From positions 60,884,001 through 60,948,000 of the forward strand of contig OZ024747.1 in the NCBI GenBank assembly GCA_964016885.1: DNA of 64,000 bases. Direction: 5' to 3'. Position numbers and translations under genes: made by a program. The first letter of the stretch is position 1. Each line of letters starts with the position of its first letter. The notes beneath the pieces were generated by a model. That model was not told the origin of the DNA. It saw nothing but the letters and a program-made list of their open reading frames with translations, and did not search any database. This DNA comes from Eledone cirrhosa. Its lineage: Eukaryota. This document shows, piece after piece, positions 55,798 to 64,000 of the stretch.

Positions 55798-56203
55798 TAT
55801 GGTGGCTGCCAACTCGTTTTCGAGTACGGCCACTACTTTATATCCATGTAGGAGAACCCCTACCGATGCGCTGAACGAGTGAGACTTTTTAGTCCAGCCA
55901 GCGACTTGAAAACTCTGGTACAAACACTACACCTGTGACAATTACTGACACATAGTGCTGGGCCCATGGTAGCATGTGACGACAAGTGCAGAGAGATCTC
56001 CAGATATAAAGCAATGCCTGTGCCGTGAAGCTTTTATAGTGGGCAAAGGCACTGCACAAAGCCAGTCCCACTCTCTTAACCAAAAAATTTGATATTTACC
56101 AAAAAGAAGAACAAGTCAACATCATTGGATACCATCAGGGTTGCAGGTGTTATATCAGAGTTTTCCTTCTCCTAGAATTCTGCCTTGACAAAGGCTAAGG
56201 GGT
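55798..56203 (-). mobile_element. Second copy of the RTE-derived C2H2-remnant element
   Basis: Reverse complement of 36979-37342 with ~35 extra 5' bases including CTAGGAGAAGGAAAACTCTGA. Confidence 0.75.
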
Positions 56204-58232
56204 ATATAGACATATATATACAGTATAGACATATATATACAGTATAGACATATATATATACAGTATAGACATATATATACAGTATAGATATATATACAGT
56301 ATAGACATATATATACAGTATAGACATATATATACAGTATAGACATATATATACAGTATAGACATATATATACAGTATAGACATATATATATACAGTATA
56401 GACATATATATACAGTATAGATATATATACAGTATAGACATATATATACAGTATAGACATATATATATACAGTATAGACATATATATACAGTATAGACAT
56501 ATATATACAGTATAGACATATATATACAGTATAGACATATATATACAGTATAGACATATATATATACAGTATAGACATATATATACAGTATAGACATATA
56601 TATACAGTATAGACATATATATACAGTATAGACATATATATACAGTATAGACATATACATACAGTATAGACATATATATACAGTATAGACATATATATAC
56701 AGTATAGACATATATATACAGTATAGACATATATATACAGTATAGACATATATATACAGTATAGACATATATATACAGTATAGACATATATATACAGTAT
56801 AGACATATATATATACAGTATAGACATATATATGCAGTATAGACATATATATACAGTATAGACATATATATGCAGTATAGACATATATACAGTATAGACA
56901 TATATATACAGTATAGACATATATATACAGTATAGACATATATATACAGTATAGACATATATATACAGTATAGATATATATATACAGTATAGACATATAT
57001 ATACAGTATAGATATATATACAGTATAGACATATATATACAGTATAGACATATATATACAGTATAGATATATATACAGTATAGACATATATATACAGTAT
57101 AGACATATATATACAGTATAGACATATATATACAGTATAGATATATATATACAGTATAGACATATATATACAGTATAGATATATATACAGTATAGACATA
57201 TATATACAGTATAGACATATATATATACAGTATAGATATATATACAGTATAGACATATATATACAGTATAGACATATATATACAGTATAGACATATATAT
57301 ACAGTATAGACATATATATACAGTATAGATATATATATACAGTATAGACATATATATACAGTATAGACATATATATACAGTATAGACATATATATACAGT
57401 ATAGACATATATATACAGTATAGACATATATATATACAGTATAGACATATATATACAGTATAGACATATATATACAGTATAGACATATATATACAGTATA
57501 GATATATATACAGTATAGACATATATATACAGTATAGACATATATATACAGTATAGACATATATATATACAGTATAGACATATATATACAGTATAGACAT
57601 ATATATACAGTATAGACATATATATATACAGTATAGACATATATATACAGTATAGACATATATATACAGTATAGACATATATATACAGTATAGACATATA
57701 TATACAGTATAGACATATATATACAGTATAGACATATATATATACAGTATAGACATATATATACAGTATAGACATATATATACAGTATAGACATATATAT
57801 ATACAGTATAGACATATATATACAGTATAGACATATATATACAGTATAGACATATATATACAGTATAGACATATATATACAGTATAGACATATATATATA
57901 CAGTATAGACATATATATACAGTATAGACATATATATACAGTATAGACATATATATATACAGTATAGACATATACATACAGTATAAACATATATATACAG
58001 TATAGACATATATATACAGTATAGACATATATATACAGTATAGACATATATATATACAGTATAGACATATATATACAGTATAGACATATATATACAGTAT
58101 AGACATATATATACAGTATAGACATATATATACAGTATAGACATATATATATACAGTATAGACATATATATACAGTATAGACATATATATACAGTATAGA
58201 CATATATATGCAGTATAGACATATACATACAG
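56204..58232. repeat. 19-bp minisatellite (17- and 21-bp variants), about 105 copies
   Basis: Unit CAGTATAGACATATATATA. Confidence 0.95.
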
Positions 58233-58541
58233 TACAGTCAAACAGACATACGTACATCATACTGACACACACACAGTACACATATACACACACACATTAC
58301 AGATATACACACACACATACAAGATACTGACATACATACATACACACATACACAGTACAGTACGGTGAAACAGACACACGTACATCATACTGACACACAC
58401 ACACTCACACAGGCAGTAGAGAGACAGGCACCTACACCATCTTATCTATTGACTAAAAGACAAAATTCAATCTATTTCCTACTCAGCATCACATTGTAAA
58501 ACCATCGACTCACCAACAACATGCTGCAATATATAATATAT

Positions 58542-58939
58542 GGAGACACATGGCTTAGTGGTTAGAGCATTGGGCTTGCAATCGAAAGGTTATGAGTTCA
58601 ATCTTCGGACCAGGTGATGTGTTGTTTCCTGAGTAAGACACTTTATTTCACATTGCTCCAGTTTACTCAGCTGTAAAAATGAGATGATAGGGACTGGGGT
58701 TCATATCATTCCACTGTAAAGTGGACGTGTAGGTCCCACGGCAAAAAAGCACCCAGCACTCACTGTAAATGAGGCTGGTGTTAGGAAGGGCATCCAGCTG
58801 TAGAAATCAAAAGCCAGAATCAGTTCCTGTATTAACAAGACAAGGTCAGCCGACCGGACACTGCCCACATCAGGACAACCCGTCTAACCCATGCTAGCGT
58901 GGAAGATGGACGTAAAACAGTGATAATGATGATGATGAT
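58542..58939 (+). mobile_element. SINE family B, full length: tRNA-derived head, CORE-like block, body, RTE-like tail
   Basis: A-box TGGCTTAGTGGT, B-box GAGTTCAATC, AAGACACTTTATTTC...CAGCTGTAAAAATGAG, tail AACCCATGCTAGCGTGGAAGATGGACGTAAAAC(GAT)n. Confidence 0.9.
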
Positions 58940-59497
58940 TTGTTTTGTAAGGTTCTCATATGAAATTGTGTGTTGAAACAGATATTGTTATATTTTGGGA
59001 GGGTCATGTTGTTCTAATATTGCCAAAAATAATAATAAAACATACATTATCAGCTAAATTATTTATAAAATATGAAGATATACTAAACTGAAGCGAAAAC
59101 CAAACCAAACAGTGAGTCAACATCATCATTGTTTAACAACCATTTTCCATGCTAGCATGGGGAGGATGGGCTGTCCCTTTGTGAGAGATAAGGTCACAGG
59201 GCTGTGTTTCGCTCTCACAGAGCTGATTTTGGCTTGGTTTCTATGGCTGGATGCCATTCCTAATGCCAACCACATTTACAGTATGGGCTGGGTGCTTTTT
59301 GTTGTGACACCTACATGACCACATTGCAGTGTGAGCTGGGCACTTTTTATTATGTCGTCAAAGCAACAACTTTACAGTGTGGACTGGGCGCTTTTGCGTG
59401 ACACCTACATAACCACGTTATAGTGTGGTCTAAGTGTGTTTTATTATTGTTTTTGGCAATATTAGGAAATCATGCTCCCCCCCAAATATAACAATAT
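58940..59497 (+). mobile_element. Family P3 fold-back interrupted by a SINE B body (59119-59430, minus strand)
   Basis: Inverted arms ~58982-59047 / 59433-59497. Confidence 0.65.
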
Positions 59498-59713
59498 TTT
59501 AAATAATATTCTCCATATTCTTTTCCCGCTTCCGTCTCATTATCATCACCATTCTATAAAAATTAACTAACCACTCTTTTCCGGAGGATTATCAGTTCAA
59601 ATCTCATGGATAACTTCCTGAAATGCCAGGCCTGGCAGTGTTACCAGGGAGTATTATCAGTTTGAGATAAACTCTACAAGCATGGAAGTGCTATCAGCCA
59701 AACCTGCCCGAAA

Positions 59714-59937
59714 TCAGGGCTGGATTTAATGGGGAGCAAAGGGAGCAATTGCCCCAGGCAATTGTTAGAATTTTTGAATTTAATACCTGTAATATAACTT
59801 TTCAATTCCAATTACTTATGCCAAGCTAACTTTGATATGTAAAATTGGCGGGTTTGCTGTGTATTCTAATTTTTTGTGTATGATTATTGCCTCAAACCTG
59901 AAGTGCCCTGGGCCCACAAGGTCTAAATCCAACCCTG
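59714..59937. mobile_element. hAT-like MITE
   Basis: TIRs CAGGGCTGGATTTA / TAAATCCAACCCTG; internal homology to 51427-51740. Confidence 0.7.
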
Positions 59938-61029
59938 TTCAAAATGCTTGCAGGGTGAAAAGAATTTCCTGCATGCATTTGCCAAGTATCTGATTATAGC
60001 TAACTTGTGGGTTTATGTTGAATGACTGCTGTCATGTGGAGAATGGGTTCAGCTATCAGCTGACTCTATCGTGATGATTGCCCCACCACCTTCTTATAGC
60101 CGAGCAGGACAGGCAGTTTTTATCTTATGGAGAAACAGGGTAACATAGAGTGTGGCAAAGCTAGCCTTTTTTGTGTTACAGGTACAGTCTATCCTGATGG
60201 GTTTATAAGCTGTTTCCATCTTCCCAATTTCATTTACTCAGCCTCAGTTGATCAATGGCTATAACAAAAGACACTTGCCTTAGATATCATGCAGTAGGAT
60301 TGAACTTGGCATCTGATGATTACAAAGTGACCTCTTACCCATTCAGTCATACAACATCCCTTCAAGTATTAAATATGTTTCCAATGTGGAGCCATAACAC
60401 AGGCCAAGTAACAATCCTTCTAAATCTTCTCTTGCTCTGATTCACTAAGATGGAGCAAGAAGTTTATCATACAAAGATCAAGTGGATTAAATATAAGATT
60501 TTATGCCCCAAAAGTTATTAGTTTTCAGAACTCCATACTAAATCTGTAGTGTGTCCTTGAGCAAGATTCTCATCTTAAACAATACATCGTACAGTTATTG
60601 ATTTTACACTTGAGGTATTTTGTTAGCGTTCAAGTTTGTCTCTCACTGCTAGGATGATGTCAGCATGAAGATTTCTCTGGAAAATTTGACTTGTCTTTTC
60701 AATACAATGTGTGAAGTGACGATTATTTAAAAGTTGAACAAATAGAGATTTGACATTGTATGCCTTCTGCCCTCAAGTTTCAGACACTGTTGAACAGTTA
60801 ATCATTTTCTGTGAACTCACCAAAGCAGATAATGAGATTGCTCGGGGCTCTGCAGAGCATATCTTTGTTGTTTTCAACATTGCTAATGATCACAACACAA
60901 AATAGAAATATAGAAACAGTTATAAAAGAAAAGGAAAGGAGCTGATCATCAGACTGGACCAAAGAAACTATGTTTCCATTGGTTTTTCCATAATTTACTA
61001 CCTGCCAGTCACTACATCTAACAGAAGAA

Positions 61030-61147
61030 ACAATGTGAAATAAATTATTTTGCTCTAGGGCACAGCATACTACCTAGTCCATGAATTGAACACATGACAC
61101 TTTGATTGTGTGTATCAAACCCCTAACCACATGGCCAAGTGCCTTCA
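61030..61147 (-). mobile_element. SINE family B head, diverged
   Basis: CAATGTGAAATAAA...GAATTGAAC...CTAACCAC...GTGCCTTC. Confidence 0.6.
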
Positions 61148-61879
61148 CAACATGATCAGCTTCTTCCAAGTTATAGAAATGTTCCAATTTACTGACTTAT
61201 CAAGCCATTTCATAAAAAGAAAAAAAACATGAATATTTCACACACATATATCTCTGATGTATCAACTTTTAACTTCTTTTTTTTATTTTGCCCCATGCAC
61301 ACTCTGTAAAGTGGCTGTTAAACTAATGTATTGTCAATAGAAGTCTTTAGTCTGACTGAGAAGATGACAACCTCTCTAATGTTCATAACATATGTACTCA
61401 GCAAACTATGTAAGTGTTTGACAAACAAGTAAAAATTTAGTTTGGCCAAGGAAATGACAACTACTTTAGTGTTTATGTTAGAATCAAATACACCCAGTAC
61501 ACTCTGTAAAATAGTATATGAGTAGAAATAATGTTTGGTCAAGGGGACACTTTAGCATGGCTGATAACATGACAACCTCTTTAGTGTTGATGCCATGATA
61601 AAATATATAAAATGTATGAAGTGGCTGGTGTTAGAAAAAACATTTTTAACAGAAAATCCATGCCAAAAATGGAACATACAAGTAAAACATTCATCCAGGA
61701 GAGCAGTAACTCTAAATGAGAATTGACACAGACTGTAACAAACTAATTCATGCCAGAATGGAAAGTTGACATAAAATAGGGATAATATATTTGTTACCTA
61801 ACTGTACAGATATATTGTTATAGAGCTATATGGACTCAGAGATATGTGACTGAAGGGTATATAATTAAATGTGCAAGAC

Positions 61880-62160
61880 ATATCTCCTGAATGAGCTGGC
61901 ACATATCATGTTGGATGAATTATGTTAGTGTGTATGAAACAATCAAAGACAGATGAGTTGAGAAAAAAACTTTGGTACAAGAGAAATTAGATGTAGTGTG
62001 CAAGAGAAAGATTACACTGGTATGGGCGCACAAAGTATATGGATGATGACTCTTAGGTGAAGAAGTGCCAGGCATTCTAAGTGAAAGGAGGGCAAGGCAG
62101 ATGTAGGTAGGTGAAGGAAGATTAAGATAAAGATATCAGAAAAAGAAAAGAGGCAAGTGA
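61880..62160 (+). pseudogene. Degenerate RTE LINE C-terminal remnant
   Basis: IRCSVQEKRLHWYG...MDDDS*VKKCQA; parallels IKCCVQERRLRWYGHVMRMKDDSCIKRC of the RTE at 16150-16250. Confidence 0.7.
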
Positions 62161-62164
62161 AGGA

Positions 62165-64000
62165 AAAATATGGTAGATTTAGGCTGACAAAAATGGACAG
62201 ATGTGGTGAGAATATATACCTGAAATGAGAGATATGATAGATTTAAGTTGACAAATATGGACAGGTGTGGTGAGAATATACCTGAAATGAGAGATATGAT
62301 AGATTTAAGTTGACAAAGATGGACAGATGTGGTGAGAATATACCTGAAATGAGAGATATGATAGATTTAAGTTGACAAATATGGACAGGTGTGGTGAGAA
62401 TATACCTGAAATGAGAGATATGATAGATTTAAGTTGACAAAGATGGACAGATGTGGTGAGAATATACCTGAAATGAGAGATATGATAGATTTAAGTTGAC
62501 AAATATGGACAGGTGTGGTGAGAATATACCTGAAATGAAAGATATGATAGATTTAAGTTGACAAAGATGGACAGATGTGGTGAGAATATACCTGAAATGA
62601 AAGATATGATAGATTTAAGTTGACAAAGATGGACAGATGTGGTGAGAATATACCTGAAATGAAAGATATGATAGATTTAAGTTGACAAATATGGACAGGT
62701 GTGGTGAGAATATACCTGAAATGAGAGATATGATAGATTTAAGTTGACAAAAATGGACAGATGTGGTGAGAATATACCTGAAATGAGAGATATGATAGAT
62801 TTAAGTTGACAAAAATGGACAGATGTGGTGAGAATATACCTGAAATGAGAGATATGATAGATTTAAGTTGACAAAAATGGACAGATGTGGTGAGAATATA
62901 CCTGAAATGAGAGATATGATAGATTTAAGTTGACAAAAATGGACAGATGTGGTGAGAATATACCTGAAATGAGAGATATGATAGATTTAAGTTGACAAAA
63001 ATGGACAGATGTGGTGAGAATATACCTGAAATGAGAGATATGATAGATTTAAGTTGACAAAAATGGACAGATGTGGTGAGAATATATACCTGAAATGAGA
63101 GATATGATAGATTTAAGTTGACAAAAATGGACAGATGTGGTGAGAATATACCTGAAATGAGAGATATGATAGATTTAAGTTGACAAAAATGGACAGATGT
63201 GGTGAGAATATATACCTGAAATGAGAGATATGATAGATTTAAGTTGACAAAAATGGACAGATGTGGTGAGAATATACCTGAAATGAGAGATATGATAGAT
63301 TTAAGTTGACAAAAATGGACAGATGTGGTGAGAATATATACCTGAAATGAGAGATATGATAGATTTAAGTTGACAAAAATGGACAGATGTGGTGAGAATA
63401 TACCTGAAATGAGAGATATGATAGATTTAAGTTGACAAAAATGGACAGATGTGGTGAGAATATATACCTGAAATGAGAGATATGATAGATTTAAGTTGAC
63501 AAAAATGGACAGATGTGGTGAGAATATACCTGAAATGAGAGATATGATAGATTTAAGTTGACAAAAATGGACAGATGTGGTGAGAATATACCTGAAATGA
63601 GAGATATGATAGATTTAAGTTGACAAAAATGGACAGATGTGGTGAGAATATATACCTGAAATGAGAGATATGATAGATTTAAGTTGACAAAAATGGACAG
63701 ATGTGGTGAGAATATATACCTGAAATGAGAGATATGATAGATTTAAGTTGACAAAAATGGACAGATGTGGTGAGAATATACCTGAAATGAGAGATATGAT
63801 AGATTTAAGTTGACAAAAATGGACAGATGTGGTGAGAATATATACCTGAAATGAGAGATATGATAGATTTAAGTTGACAAAAATGGACAGATGTGGTGAG
63901 AATATACCTGAAATGAGAGATATGATAGATTTAAGTTGACAAAAATGGACAGATGTGGTGAGAATATACCTGAAATGAGAGATATGATAGATTTAAGTTG
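62165..64000. repeat. 62-bp (64-bp variant) minisatellite, ~29 copies, runs off the window end
   Basis: Unit GATATGATAGATTTAAGTTGACAAAAATGGACAGATGTGGTGAGAATATACCTGAAATGAGA. Confidence 0.95.

Noticed and set aside
56155-58293. ~700-aa ORFs in all three minus frames
   Set aside because: 19-bp repeat lacking stop codons on that strand
58542-58615. tRNA gene
   Set aside because: A/B boxes belong to a multi-copy SINE head; no complete cloverleaf

Overview
AT-rich eukaryotic DNA, intergenic or intronic. The SINE/LINE repertoire and the huge (TA)n/(CA)n tracts look like an octopus/cephalopod genome (inference). No intact host protein-coding gene is supported, and nearly all long ORFs in the track are artefacts of micro- and minisatellites. 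Real coding remnants are all transposon-derived: a Helitron PIF1-helicase C-terminus, two Penelope-like (PLE) GIY-YIG remnants, several RTE and CR1-group LINE fragments and a possible R4/Dong fragment. There are many tRNA-derived SINEs, hAT- and Tc1/pogo-type MITEs and nested insertions with clean target-site duplications. The main hidden signal is about ten fold-back (palindromic) elements, most abutting (TA)n tracts and belonging to several unrelated sequence families. Most carry hand-foldable type I hammerhead ribozymes (HHRs), often on both strands. Many have palindromic stem III, and there are recurrent core variants (CCGANGA three times, and a U3-A8 compensatory variant). One fold-back still encloses a PLE GIY-YIG ORF, linking the set to PLE pseudo-LTRs. 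Three large minisatellites appear to have arisen from inside RTE or SINE sequence. All ribozyme calls are manual folds, and activity is untested.
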